Positions 28,764 to 38,306 of a stretch of 64,000 nucleotides of DNA are shown in pieces. The notes under the pieces are model-generated. The model made no database searches, was not told the DNA's origin, and saw only the letters and a program-made list of their open reading frames with translations. Position numbers and translations under genes: made by a program. The first letter of the stretch is position 1. The number at the start of each line of letters is the position of its first letter. The stretch covers positions 12,150-76,149 of the forward strand of contig JBHIDX010000005.1 in NCBI GenBank assembly GCA_046760305.1, read 5' to 3'. The stretch comes from Candidatus Aminicenantales bacterium. Lineage in GTDB: Bacteria; Acidobacteriota; Aminicenantia; Aminicenantales; Aminicenantaceae.

Positions 28764-29072
28764 CTTTCGGCCTTTGATTTTATCAGGAAAAGCCGCTGAA
28801 GAAAAATGTTTGTCTTTACCCTATTTGCATTTTTTAAAAATGTGTTATAATAAATGTAGCTCTCTTTAGCCGGCTGGGGAGAGCTCCCACCTTTCAGTTC
28901 CCATCATTAACCCCCCTTTTGCTAAAGACAGCCGGCGCCTTCTAGTCCAAACTGGATTATTCACAAATAATCCAGTCTGAATCTTGCTCTCTAAATTATC
29001 TTTTGAGTATTACACTCCTAGGGGAATTCTCATCACATGACCGGCTGCAGAAGAAGGTTTAAATTTTCTCCA

Positions 29073-29813
29073 CTAAAGGGCAAGAGAGATACCGAACCAT
29101 ACTTCGTTGTTCTCGTTTACAGATTCAAGAAAGACTATGGTGTAGTTGATAAAGGGCGAAATTGTAGTGCTGCCAAGCTTAATGGGTGAAGAAACTCCGA
29201 AGTTTAGGTCGCTGAATCCTGAAGTGTCAATCCACATCTTGGCATTGTAGCCGAGGGAGGCAGAAAAATTAAGAGTTATAAAATTCCGCATCTCAAGGGA
29301 ATACTCACCCTGGAGGAGGACGTATGTTCCCTTCCCGAGTTTAAAATCATGAAAAACAGTAATACTTGGTGCGAAGAGAAGCTTTGTTAATTTTGCCGAG
29401 ACAAACAGTTCCCACGTTGTTGAATCCTTGAAGCTAAAATTATCCTCCCAGTACCATCCATAATGAATGACTCCGGCTTCGATTGAAAACTCATCAGAGA
29501 GCTGAAAATTGGAGGAGAGGGTTACGTCGATCTCGTCAAGCGGCCTGAGCGAGTCCCTTTCCTCGAGGGCAAAACTTCCCCACACGTTGAGGTAAAGCCC
29601 AAAAAGGTCGAATGAGATAGAGGGCTGGAGGGCAGGTTTGTCATCGAGAACGTCAAATCCTCTCCAGATATACTTGGAGGTAAAATCAAGTTGCAGAGCT
29701 TCCTGACCGTTTATCCGAAGTGTCAAGGCATAAAAAATTAAGATGCAAAAGAGTGCGTATTTTTTCGTCCTGTGCCGATTCAAGTATATACCCCATGCTT
29801 TCTTCACTAACAC
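29073..29813 (-). CDS. Putative outer-membrane beta-barrel protein (Gcw_chp / TIGR02001-like)
   Basis: Signal peptide. Alternating hydrophobic beta-strand pattern. YIWRGFD motif near the N-terminus. C-terminal aromatic residue. Confidence 0.4.
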   Translation of the reverse strand: MLVKKAWGIYLNRHRTKKYALFCILIFYALTLRINGQEALQLDFTSKYIWRGFDVLDDKPALQPSISFDLFGLYLNVWGSFALEERDSLRPLDEIDVTLSSNFQLSDEFSIEAGVIHYGWYWEDNFSFKDSTTWELFVSAKLTKLLFAPSITVFHDFKLGKGTYVLLQGEYSLEMRNFITLNFSASLGYNAKMWIDTSGFSDLNFGVSSPIKLGSTTISPFINYTIVFLESVNENNEVWFGISLAL

Positions 29814-30003
29814 AGAGGACCTCCTCTCAGGAGAAGTTTTCGAAAATTTTATTCCACTGCATATATGAAATCAAGCAGAAGATGGTGCACTTAACCTTAA
29901 TAAAGGTAAGCATCACATCTTCGGTGATGATGAGTGTCGTTAAGGCTGGAGAAGACAAAATTGTGGATAATTATTATGGATGTAAAGGCTAGAACTTTTA
30001 TAA

Positions 30004-30075
30004 TGGGCGGTACTGGGTTCGAACCAGTGACCCCCGGTTTGTAAGACCGGTACTCTACCACTGAGCTAACCGCCC
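30004..30075 (-). tRNA. tRNA-Val (anticodon TAC)
   Basis: Minus-strand cloverleaf: acceptor GGGCGGT/ACCGCCC; D arm GCTCAGTGGTAGAGT; anticodon stem CCGGT/ACCGG with loop CTTACAA; T arm ACTGGTTCGAACCCAGT; discriminator A. Confidence 0.85.
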
Positions 30076-30196
30076 GATTTTCTTCCTCAGAGGCGATACC
30101 TAAATTAGAGAAAAGCTTGAGTTTTGTCAATCCCTGATTGACACAAATCATGCCCTATGTTAAATTTAGAATCCCTAACAGAGTGAGGTAAGAAAG

Positions 30197-30718
30197 ATGT
30201 TTGCGGTCATAAAGACAGGAGGAAAACAGTACAGAGTTCAAGCCGGAGATATTATTGAGGTGGAAAAATTAGACATTGAAGAGGGGAATAAAGTTACCTT
30301 TAGTCAGGTTCTCCTCGTGGATGAAGGCGGAAAGACAATGATCGGTACTCCCTATGTTAAGGATGCAAGAGTGAAAGCTGAAGTTATCGAGAATTTTAAG
30401 GGTGAGAAAGTAATCATTTTCAAGAAAAAAAGGAGAAAGCAGTACCGGAAAAAAATCGGCCACAGACAGGAACTTACCAGGGTAAGAATTGAGGAAATTG
30501 TAACCGGAGCGAGAGCAGTTTCAAAGAAGGCGGCAGCAAAGCCTGCTCCGGAAAAAAAGCCTGCCACAAAGCTCACCAAAGAAGCGGCAAAGAAAGAAAC
30601 CAAACCACAAACATCCAGGAAAAAGGTTTCTGGGGCTAAAAAGGAAAAAGCAGGAGCTCGAACCGCTTCCAAGGCCGTGAAATCAAAACAGGTGGGGGAA
30701 AGGAAAAATGGCTCATAA
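30197..30718 (+). CDS. rplU: 50S ribosomal protein L21 with a roughly 70-aa Lys/Ala-rich C-terminal extension
   Basis: [14 protein letters not shown] canonical N-terminus. TTGACA-17-TAAATT promoter upstream. Tail [13 protein letters not shown]... Confidence 0.9.
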   Translation: MFAVIKTGGKQYRVQAGDIIEVEKLDIEEGNKVTFSQVLLVDEGGKTMIGTPYVKDARVKAEVIENFKGEKVIIFKKKRRKQYRKKIGHRQELTRVRIEEIVTGARAVSKKAAAKPAPEKKPATKLTKEAAKKETKPQTSRKKVSGAKKEKAGARTASKAVKSKQVGERKNGS

Positions 30719-30962
30719 GAAATCAGGAGGAAGTGCCCGTAACGGAAGAGACAGTCACTCGAAGAGGCTGGGAGTAAAAAGATTTGGAGGTCAATACGTT
30801 AATGCAGGCTCGATTATTATCAGGCAGAGAGGAACACCCTTCAAACCCGGACACAACGTAGGAAGAGGAAGAGACGATACCCTTTATGCCAAGACAAGCG
30901 GGTTTGTCCACTTTGTGACAAAAGGAAAAAAATCCAAGTATGTCTCCGTTATTCCTGCCTAG
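30708..30962 (+). CDS. rpmA: 50S ribosomal protein L27
   Basis: [16 protein letters not shown]... Confidence 0.9.
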   Translation: MAHKKSGGSARNGRDSHSKRLGVKRFGGQYVNAGSIIIRQRGTPFKPGHNVGRGRDDTLYAKTSGFVHFVTKGKKSKYVSVIPA

Positions 30963-30983
30963 GAGGTCTACGCTCTTCTGAGT

Positions 30984-32006
30984 ATGTTTGTTGACCAGGT
31001 TGAAGTATATCTCAAAGCGGGAAAGGGAGGGAATGGTTGTGTTAGTTTCAGGCGGGAAAAGGGTGTTCCCCGAGGAGGGCCGGATGGAGGCAGGGGAGGA
31101 GACGGAGGGAGCATTTACCTTGTCTCTGAAGAGGGATTGAACACACTCGCCTATTTCCGCTTTCATCCTCTAAATAAGAGCAAAAACGGTGCTCATGGAG
31201 AGGGGGGTAATCGTCAGGGCAAAAAGGGCGAGGACTTAATTCTCCGCGTTCCTGTGGGTACAGTTGTCAGAGAAAAGGGAAAGGATAAGATTCTTTTCGA
31301 TTTTGTCAAAGGGGGGCAGAAATTTCTGGCAGCGAGAGGCGGAAAGGGCGGAAGAGGTAATGCCTCGTTTGCCTCCTCCACCCATCAGGCACCCCGGGAG
31401 TTCGAGCCCGGCCAGGAGGGTGAAGAAAAAAAATTCGTGCTCGAACTCAAACTCATCGCGGATGTAGGACTGGTGGGATTTCCAAACGTAGGAAAATCCA
31501 CCTTGATTTCAAGAATTTCCGCTGCCAGACCGGTTATCGCTGATTATCCCTTCACAACCCTTATCCCCAATCTTGGTGTGGTTGATGTTGATGAGGTGCG
31601 AAGCTTTGTCGTGGCAGATATTCCGGGTTTGATCAAAGGAGCCCATCTGGGGCATGGCCTGGGAGTGAAATTTCTGAGGCACATCGAGCGGACAAAAATC
31701 CTTGTCCATATTCTTGATGTTTCTCCTCTCACAGGAAGAGACCCTGTTGAAGATTATTTAGCTGTCAGAGAAGAGCTGGATGCATTTGACTCAAGTCTTT
31801 TAATGAGGCCTCAGATACTGGTGGCGAATAAAATTGACCTGGTGAGTGAAGATGATACCAGGCTGATGAAAGCACGCCAACTGGCAGAAGAGGAAGGAGT
31901 GCCTTTTTTTGCCATCTCTGCCAGAGAAAAAAGGGGTCTTGCTCCCCTTGTTTTAGCCATGACCGAGGCGCTTGAAAGAGAGAAAGAAAAGGAGAGTGAA
32001 GATTAG
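30984..32006 (+). CDS. obg: GTPase Obg/CgtA
   Basis: Glycine-rich Obg fold N-terminus (GGDGG repeats). G1 motif GFPNVGKST. Confidence 0.9.
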   Translation: MFVDQVEVYLKAGKGGNGCVSFRREKGVPRGGPDGGRGGDGGSIYLVSEEGLNTLAYFRFHPLNKSKNGAHGEGGNRQGKKGEDLILRVPVGTVVREKGKDKILFDFVKGGQKFLAARGGKGGRGNASFASSTHQAPREFEPGQEGEEKKFVLELKLIADVGLVGFPNVGKSTLISRISAARPVIADYPFTTLIPNLGVVDVDEVRSFVVADIPGLIKGAHLGHGLGVKFLRHIERTKILVHILDVSPLTGRDPVEDYLAVREELDAFDSSLLMRPQILVANKIDLVSEDDTRLMKARQLAEEEGVPFFAISAREKRGLAPLVLAMTEALEREKEKESED

Positions 32007-32676
32007 AAAGCTCGTTAAGTCAAGAATAGGACTTTTCGGAGGGACTTTTAATCCTGTGCACTCCGGTCATCTAAAAGCAGCTTCTCAAGTCAGGGAAAGG
32101 TTTTTTCTTGGAAAAGTGTTCTTCATCCCTTCTTACATCCCTCCCCATAAGGAGTCGGGAGAGATTGCCTCTCCTGAGCATCGTTTGAAGATGGTAGAAC
32201 TTGCCTGTGCCCCTTATGAGAAATTCATTGTTTCTCAGATTGAGATTGAGGCCAGAGGAACATCCTATTCAGTCGACACCCTGAGGAAATTTGAAAGGCT
32301 GTATCCAGATGCGCTTGTCTTTTTCATTCTGGGGATAGATGCATTCCTGGAGATAGAAACATGGAAGGATTATCGTGAGCTCCTTGAAAGCTGTTTTTTT
32401 ATTGTTATGAGCAGGCCCGGATATTCTCTTGACGAAGCTGGGGGAGTTCTGGGGGGAAGCTACAGGGAGAAGATTGTTGAGGTAGCTGAACCTGAGCAGC
32501 TGGAGATGCTTTTTTCTGAGTACAGGGTATTTCTCTTCGAGATTGATGCTCTGGATGTTTCATCTTCTGAAATCCGGCAGAGAGTGAAACAGGGGCTGCC
32601 TATAAAGGGCCTTGTCCCTGAAAGCGTTGAGAAATATATTAAAGAACACAAGGTTTATCACAGTGAAAATGAGTGA
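31972..32676 (+). CDS. nadD: Nicotinate-nucleotide adenylyltransferase
   Basis: GLFGGTFNPVHSGH (HxGH) motif. The ORF opens on TTG inside the obg 3' end; the true start is probably a few codons downstream. Confidence 0.8.
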   Translation: MKERKKRRVKIRKLVKSRIGLFGGTFNPVHSGHLKAASQVRERFFLGKVFFIPSYIPPHKESGEIASPEHRLKMVELACAPYEKFIVSQIEIEARGTSYSVDTLRKFERLYPDALVFFILGIDAFLEIETWKDYRELLESCFFIVMSRPGYSLDEAGGVLGGSYREKIVEVAEPEQLEMLFSEYRVFLFEIDALDVSSSEIRQRVKQGLPIKGLVPESVEKYIKEHKVYHSENE

Positions 32677-33052
32677 GAAAAAAGTAAATAGATCCGAAAG
32701 CAAGCCTGACAAAAGACGTCTTCCCTCAGAGGTTAAGATTTCTATTAAAGCCGGACAGAATAAAAAGGGGGAAGACCTTATTGTTCTTGATTTGAAGGGT
32801 ATTGCCTCGTTCACAGACTACTTCATCATCATGCACGGCAATTCGCCCCGCCAGAATATTGCCCTTTACGAAAGCATTGAAGAAGAGTTGAAGAGGAAAA
32901 ATGTTTATCCGCTGAGTGTCGAAGGCAAGGAGAATGCTGAATGGATACTCATGGATTACGGCAGTTTCATCGTCCATATCTTCTCCAAAAGAGCAAGGGA
33001 ATATTATCTTCTGGAAAAGCTGTGGGGTGATGCTGTCAAGTACGCCTTCTGA
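32669..33052 (+). CDS. rsfS: Ribosomal silencing factor RsfS (Iojap)
   Basis: DYFIIMHGNSPRQ...WILMDYGSFIVHIF motif. Start placed at the ATG at 32669, giving an ATGAGTGA overlap with the nadD stop. Confidence 0.85.
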   Translation: MSEKKVNRSESKPDKRRLPSEVKISIKAGQNKKGEDLIVLDLKGIASFTDYFIIMHGNSPRQNIALYESIEEELKRKNVYPLSVEGKENAEWILMDYGSFIVHIFSKRAREYYLLEKLWGDAVKYAF

Positions 33053-33155
33053 TTTATTATTTATTTTCTTTTTATACCAAAAAAAATAAAAAAAGTATTG
33101 ACATTTTGGCCTTCAGTCATTATTTTTTTATGACAAATTTAAAATCCGCATTTGT

Positions 33156-33623
33156 ATGAAATATCGGATCCTCTGGCCAGGGAAGACAAAGAATCAGGAA
33201 ATAAAGAGACTCCAGGAGTTTTACCTGGAGAGGATAAATCATCTGGAGAGATGTGAGATTGTACAGACTAAAGAAGCCAGAGGAATTGATGAGAGGTTTG
33301 CTCGCAGGATTAAAGAAGTTGAAGCAGAAGCTATCAAGAGGCACTTAAAAGATGATTATCTCATCTGTCTTTCAGAAAGAGGAAAAGAAATGAGCTCTGT
33401 GGAGTTTGCGCGCTTTTTAGGCCAGCTTTCCTCAAGCTCAACGCGGGGTGTTACTTTTGTCCTTGGCGGCTTTCTCGGACTATCAGAGGAGATGTTGAAA
33501 AGAGCTGATTTTATTCTTTCTCTTTCCAGGATGACATTCTCGCACGAGATGAGCAGAATAGTACTCCTCGAGCAGATTTACAGGGCATTAACTCTTTTGA
33601 AAGGTAGGCAATACGCCAAGTAA
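33156..33623 (+). CDS. rlmH: 23S rRNA (pseudouridine1915-N3)-methyltransferase RlmH (SPOUT)
   Basis: 155 aa. YLER/VLGGFLG SPOUT-type motifs. Conserved obg-nadD-rsfS-rlmH order. TTGACA-17-TATTTT promoter upstream. Confidence 0.85.
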   Translation: MKYRILWPGKTKNQEIKRLQEFYLERINHLERCEIVQTKEARGIDERFARRIKEVEAEAIKRHLKDDYLICLSERGKEMSSVEFARFLGQLSSSSTRGVTFVLGGFLGLSEEMLKRADFILSLSRMTFSHEMSRIVLLEQIYRALTLLKGRQYAK

Positions 33624-33634
33624 GGGGGGCTTCA

Positions 33635-33988
33635 TTGGATAAAAAAGAAAAAGAAAGATATAGAAAAAAGCTTTTAAGAAAAAAGAAAGAAATAATAGAG
33701 AAATTAAGCGAGGCATACAACACCAGCAAGGAAGTAGAAACCGGGATTGCCCAGGACATTGTGGATAAGGCCGAAAGCTCATACACCAAGGAATTCCTGC
33801 TGAGTCTTTCAAATACAGAAAGAAAGCAGCTTTCCATGATCGATGGGGCCTTGAAAAGGATAGAGAGCTGTGAGTTTGGAACCTGTGAGATGTGCGGGGA
33901 GAAGATAAGCAAGAAGAGACTCGATGCCGTTCCCTGGACCCCTTTCTGTATAAATTGTCAGGAGAAGGCAGAGGAAGAGCCTTATTGA
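33635..33988 (+). CDS. DksA/TraR family C4-type zinc-finger protein
   Basis: C-terminal CEFGTCEMCGEKI...FCINC four-Cys finger. Coiled-coil N-terminus. Confidence 0.75.
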   Translation: MDKKEKERYRKKLLRKKKEIIEKLSEAYNTSKEVETGIAQDIVDKAESSYTKEFLLSLSNTERKQLSMIDGALKRIESCEFGTCEMCGEKISKKRLDAVPWTPFCINCQEKAEEEPY

Positions 33989-34728
33989 TTTCATCTCTTA
34001 AAAGGAGCATCCTGGCTTTCACTAGGCTGGGTGAGTTACTTTTTTTCCCCTCTTTCTGCAAGCTGTGTTCCGCGCTGCTTGAAGTGCCGGAAGAGAACGT
34101 TGTCTGCCGCACCTGTTTGGAGAGGATGAGAACACGCCTTCCCTCACATTGTGTCTGCTGCGGGAAGTTTTTCAGTGGAGTAGAGGAGTCTCACTTTTGT
34201 TCCCACTGTTTGAAGGTTCGACCTCCTTTTTCCATCCATCGCTCCTGCGGCAGATACGAAGGGGTATTGAAGGATGTTATTCTTCTTTTTAAATACGGCA
34301 GGTACAGCCTGCTGGGAAAAGAGCTGGCTAGATTCGCCCAGGCAGTGATGAAGGACGAGCTTGAACTGTGGTGGAAAGTTGAGGCCCTGGTGCCAGTGCC
34401 TCTTCATCCGAAACGAAGACGAGAACGGGGTTTTAACCAGGCTCAGGTTATCGCCCGTGAACTGGGCAGGTTGACGGGAATAAAGCTGGTTGATGATTTC
34501 CTGGTGAAAGTGAAACATGTCTTACCACAGACCTCTCTAGAGGCAGGAGAGAGAGCGAGAAACGTTAAAGGTGCTTTTGCGGTCAAGAAAGGCAGGCAGG
34601 CTGAGTGGGAGACGATGCTTCTCGTGGATGATGTATACACTACCGGAGCAACTGTCAGAGAGTGCAGCCACGTCTTGAAGAGAGCAGGAGTGAGTGAAGT
34701 GAGAGTTCTGACACTCGCTCGCGCCTGA
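33892..34728 (+). CDS. comF: ComF family protein (phosphoribosyltransferase-type, ComFC-like)
   Basis: N-terminal Cys-rich zinc ribbon. C-terminal PRTase motif LLVDDVYTTGAT. The listed start overlaps the dksA-family gene by 97 bp; the real start is probably near 34012 after the aaggag RBS. Confidence 0.7.
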   Translation: MRGEDKQEETRCRSLDPFLYKLSGEGRGRALLISSLKRSILAFTRLGELLFFPSFCKLCSALLEVPEENVVCRTCLERMRTRLPSHCVCCGKFFSGVEESHFCSHCLKVRPPFSIHRSCGRYEGVLKDVILLFKYGRYSLLGKELARFAQAVMKDELELWWKVEALVPVPLHPKRRRERGFNQAQVIARELGRLTGIKLVDDFLVKVKHVLPQTSLEAGERARNVKGAFAVKKGRQAEWETMLLVDDVYTTGATVRECSHVLKRAGVSEVRVLTLARA

Positions 34729-34908
34729 GCAATTTGATGTCCAAGAGGGAATAGAGCCAAATCAACCCTTTTTCATTAAGAAGCTGAATGGGTTTGTGTC
34801 ACCTAGCAAAGACATTTGTCCTTTTATATGCTCATTCGGTGATAAAAAAATAAAGCTGTTCTTCTGTATCAGCCTGGCATAAAATGTGCAGGGAAAGAAG
34901 GAGGATAT

Positions 34909-36141
34909 ATGTTAAAAACAAGGAAAATTATTTTTTTTATCTCCCTGGTGTTAATCACTACTTATCTTGTTGCTCAAGAGGAAGCGCATGAGGTCAGGGT
35001 TGTAAACATTGAAGTTCCTGTGCGGGTTTTTAAGGGACACACATTTGTGGACAACTTGACCCTAGATGATTTCGAGGTTTTTGAAGATGGCGAGCCCCAG
35101 AAAGTTGTAGCTGTTTATCTCATCAAAAAGGCAAGTGTAGAGAGGAAGCAGGAAAAGAAAAAATTCACGCCCAAAACCGAAAGGAATTTTTACCTTGTTT
35201 TTGAAATATCTGATTATACGCCTCGGATTGAAGAGGCTCTTCGTTTTTTCTTTGAGAATGTTTTGATTCCTGATGATAACCTGAGCGTTATCACGCCTTT
35301 GAAAACATACAAAATGAAGAATGAAGCCTTGAAGACTCTTCCCCCGGAAAAAATCGTGCACCAGCTTAAAGAGATTCTGAGAGAAGATGCACTCAAGGCC
35401 AATACCGGATACAGGAGCGCGTTAAAAGAGCTCGCAGGTCTCGCTAAAGCTCTCACAGGCGGAATGGGTGAGACAGGGGAGGTGGGAGCTATTAGTGGGA
35501 TTTCAGGAGCTGAGTTCGAGGGCCTGGGACTTGATGAGCTTCTTAATCTGTATCTAGTTACTCTGGAAAAGCTTGAGAATTTAAGAAAGATCGATGAGCA
35601 AGAACTTTTGAACTTCTCAAATTACCTCAAAGGTTTGAAAGGTCAAAAGTATGTCTTTCTTTTCTACCAGAGAGAATTTATTCCTCAGATAGAGCGAAGG
35701 ATAATAGACCAAAAGCTGGAAATGTATCAGGATCGTTTTGATATCATCCTCAAAGTTAATGAAATATTTAAATACTCTAAAAGAGAGATTTCTTTCAATG
35801 TTGAGCGCGTGAAACAGGCCTACGCAGACTCGTCCATATCTATTCATTTTTTATTCTTCACCAAACCGGCTGAATATATCAGAGGGGTACAGATGGAAGA
35901 ACGATCAGAAGATATTTTCAGTGCTTTCAGAGAGCTAGCTATCTCCACTGGAGGCTCTGTGGAAAGTTCTGCCAACCCGGAATTCTTATTTCAAAAAGCT
36001 TCTCATGCTTCCGAGAACTATTATCTTCTTTACTATTCTCCTTCAAATTACAGGCCAGATGGAAGGTTCAGAAAAATAGAAGTAAAAATTAAGGGAAAAA
36101 AATACCGTATCTTCCACCGTGCCGGTTACTTCGCCAACTAA
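34909..36141 (+). CDS. VWFA-related Acidobacterial domain protein (secreted)
   Basis: Signal peptide. N-terminal VRVVNIEVPVRVFKGHTFVDNLTLDDFEVFEDGEPQKVVAV matches the conserved N-terminal block of the TIGR03436-type family. Confidence 0.55.
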   Translation: MLKTRKIIFFISLVLITTYLVAQEEAHEVRVVNIEVPVRVFKGHTFVDNLTLDDFEVFEDGEPQKVVAVYLIKKASVERKQEKKKFTPKTERNFYLVFEISDYTPRIEEALRFFFENVLIPDDNLSVITPLKTYKMKNEALKTLPPEKIVHQLKEILREDALKANTGYRSALKELAGLAKALTGGMGETGEVGAISGISGAEFEGLGLDELLNLYLVTLEKLENLRKIDEQELLNFSNYLKGLKGQKYVFLFYQREFIPQIERRIIDQKLEMYQDRFDIILKVNEIFKYSKREISFNVERVKQAYADSSISIHFLFFTKPAEYIRGVQMEERSEDIFSAFRELAISTGGSVESSANPEFLFQKASHASENYYLLYYSPSNYRPDGRFRKIEVKIKGKKYRIFHRAGYFAN

Positions 36142-36143
36142 AA

Positions 36144-36178
36144 AAGACGGCTCTCTTTCAGTTTAAGAGAGCCGTCTT
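36144..36178. terminator. Bidirectional rho-independent terminator between convergent genes
   Basis: Perfect 13-bp stem AAGACGGCTCTCT / AGAGAGCCGTCTT with a 9-nt loop. Flanked by AAAAA on one side and TCGGCTTT on the other. Confidence 0.6.
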
Positions 36179-36196
36179 CGGCTTTATGAGGACAAC

Positions 36197-36661
36197 TTAT
36201 TTTTTAGACGCCTTTGAAGCCTTGAGGATTTTCACCTTGCGGGGCTTCAGCTCAGGCTTCTTGGGCATGGTGATCTTAAGGACGCCGTTCTCATGCTCTG
36301 CCTTGATTTTGTCGTGGTCAATGTAGTGAGGAAGAGTAAAGGACCTGCTGAAACTACCGTAGGCGCGCTCTATTCTATGGTAATTTTCTTCTTTCGTCTC
36401 TTTTTCGAATTTTCTTTCGCCGGAGAGCATGAGGGTGTTATCTTCGATCTTGATCTCGATATCGTTTTCATCAATTCCCGGCAATTCAGCGGTGAGAACA
36501 AGGTCGTTTTCGCTCTCGTAGATGTCTACAGATGGAGTCCAGCTTCCTGAAATCAGGTCTCTCTCTTCCCCTCTGGCAGTGAAGACGTCCTCAAAAAGCC
36601 TGTTCATTCTTTCTCTTAAAGTCATAAGGTCTCTGAAAGGATCCCATCTGATAACAGCCAT
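36197..36661 (-). CDS. Hsp20/alpha-crystallin family small heat-shock protein
   Basis: Alpha-crystallin domain. N-terminal MAVIRWDPFRDL. About 154 aa. Confidence 0.85.
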   Translation of the reverse strand: MAVIRWDPFRDLMTLRERMNRLFEDVFTARGEERDLISGSWTPSVDIYESENDLVLTAELPGIDENDIEIKIEDNTLMLSGERKFEKETKEENYHRIERAYGSFSRSFTLPHYIDHDKIKAEHENGVLKITMPKKPELKPRKVKILKASKASKK

Positions 36662-36741
36662 CTCTAACCTCCTTTAAATTTGAGTCCAATAATAATATAA
36701 TATCTGAGTCTATTTTTGTCAAGTATTTTTAAAAAATTTTT

Positions 36742-37464
36742 TTAGCTTCGGCCATTTCCAGGAAGATTCGTTTTTTTCTCCTTCTTTTTTCTACCACTCA
36801 GGAGAAGAGTAACCTCACCTTTGGGAACCCCTTCCTTTAAAATCTCAATCAAAGCCCCTGTCTCTCCTCTCAGGAATTCTTCGTGGATTTTGGTCATTTC
36901 TCTGGCAATGACTGCTTGTCTTGCACCCAGTGTGTCCTGAATTAGTTCGAGAAAAGCAAGCAATCTGTTGGCCGGCAAGAAAAAAACAAGAGTTGATTCT
37001 TCATCCTTGAGAACTTTTATCATTTTCTTTAATTTTTCTTTTTTCCGTGGTGGAAACCCGATGAACAGAAATCTGTCTGTAGGAAGACCCGAGGCGGTAA
37101 GTGCCGAGGTTATGGCCGACGCCCCAGGAACAGGAACGACTTCAATCCTCTCCTTAATGGCTTCTCTTATGAGCGGAAAACCAGGATCAGAGATACCCGG
37201 TGTTCCTGAATCTGAGACCAGTGCTACATCTTTTCCTTCTTTAAGGGAGCGGATTATGTACGGGATTCTCTCTTTTTCCCTTGGTTGGTAGTAGCTGATG
37301 AGTTTTTTCCTTATCTCAAACCTCGTAAGCAGCTTTCTCGTCTGGCGGGTATCTTCGCATGCTATGAGCTCCACTTCTTTAAGTATCCTGATTGCGCGGA
37401 GGGTAATATCTTCGAGATTACCAATGGGTGTGGCAACAATGTAGAGTGTTCCGCTTTTTTTCAT
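36742..37464 (-). CDS. rsmI: 16S rRNA (cytidine1402-2'-O)-methyltransferase RsmI
   Basis: LYIVATPIGNLEDIT...IACEDTR tetrapyrrole-methylase-fold signature. Confidence 0.85.
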   Translation of the reverse strand: MKKSGTLYIVATPIGNLEDITLRAIRILKEVELIACEDTRQTRKLLTRFEIRKKLISYYQPREKERIPYIIRSLKEGKDVALVSDSGTPGISDPGFPLIREAIKERIEVVPVPGASAITSALTASGLPTDRFLFIGFPPRKKEKLKKMIKVLKDEESTLVFFLPANRLLAFLELIQDTLGARQAVIAREMTKIHEEFLRGETGALIEILKEGVPKGEVTLLLSGRKKKEKKTNLPGNGRS

Positions 37465-37481
37465 TTTTATCAGGAAGAGAG

Positions 37482-38306
37482 CTATTTATCCCAGTCGTAG
37501 GGGTAAAGGAAATCGTGGCCAACTGTTCGCTGGGATATTTTCGGGATAGGAGGCAGCTTTCTTTTAAACTCGGAACTTTTTATGAGGCTGATGATTCTCT
37601 CTACTTTTTCCTTCTCATACCCCTGGGCAATTACTTCCAGGGCTGAAAGACGTTTGTCAACCAGCCTGAAGAGAATATTGTCTGCTTCTTCATAGGTAAA
37701 TCCCAGTTCGCCTTCATCAGTCTGTCCTTCCCAGAGGCCGGCAGTGGGAACTTTTTTCCGGATATTCTCTGGTATTCGGAGATAGTCTCCCATCTGCAGG
37801 ACCTGTGTTTTGTACAGGTCTCCCAGAGGCATTAAAGCACAGGCAAGGTCCCCATGAATGGTGCCGTAGCCCAGCAGAAGCTCTGTTTTGTTGCTTGTGC
37901 CGAGGATGAGTGCTTTCTCGCGCGCCGAAAAATCGTAGAGGATGGACATCCTCTCGCGTGCCATTTTGTTACCTCTTAGCACCCTGTCTTGTGTGGGAAA
38001 AAGAGAGAAATAGGCATCCACCATGGGCGAGATGTCGATAGTTTTCCCCTTGATTTTGAGAAGGCGCACAACTTTAACTGCATCCTCTACGTCCTGCTTG
38101 AAACTTTTACCGTAGGGCATGATAAGCCCCACAACATTTTTTGCCCCCAGTGCTCCGACTGCAAGGAAAGCACAGACAGTAGAATCCATTCCTCCCGAGA
38201 GGCCGACTATTCCCTTTTCAAACCCGAACTTAGATAGTTCTTCCCTTATAAAGGAAGTAATGACACGCTCGACGAAAGAGCAGTTAATCTTCACGTGCGC
38301 TGACAA
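37482..38306 (-). CDS. nadE: NH3-dependent NAD+ synthetase
   Basis: PP-loop GLSGGMDS. 274 aa. Confidence 0.85.
   Translation of the reverse strand: MSAHVKINCSFVERVITSFIREELSKFGFEKGIVGLSGGMDSTVCAFLAVGALGAKNVVGLIMPYGKSFKQDVEDAVKVVRLLKIKGKTIDISPMVDAYFSLFPTQDRVLRGNKMARERMSILYDFSAREKALILGTSNKTELLLGYGTIHGDLACALMPLGDLYKTQVLQMGDYLRIPENIRKKVPTAGLWEGQTDEGELGFTYEEADNILFRLVDKRLSALEVIAQGYEKEKVERIISLIKSSEFKRKLPPIPKISQRTVGHDFLYPYDWDK

Noticed and set aside
30484-30718. Whether the Lys/Ala-rich tail of L21 is a separate small gene or histone-like protein
   Set aside because: It is in frame and continuous with rplU, with no internal start/RBS signal. Kept as a C-terminal extension, with a frameshift artefact noted as an alternative.
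33892-33988. 97-bp overlap between the DksA/TraR-family gene and comF
   Set aside because: Probably an artefact of the longest-ORF start. An aaggag RBS at about 34002 suggests comF starts just after the dksA-family stop.
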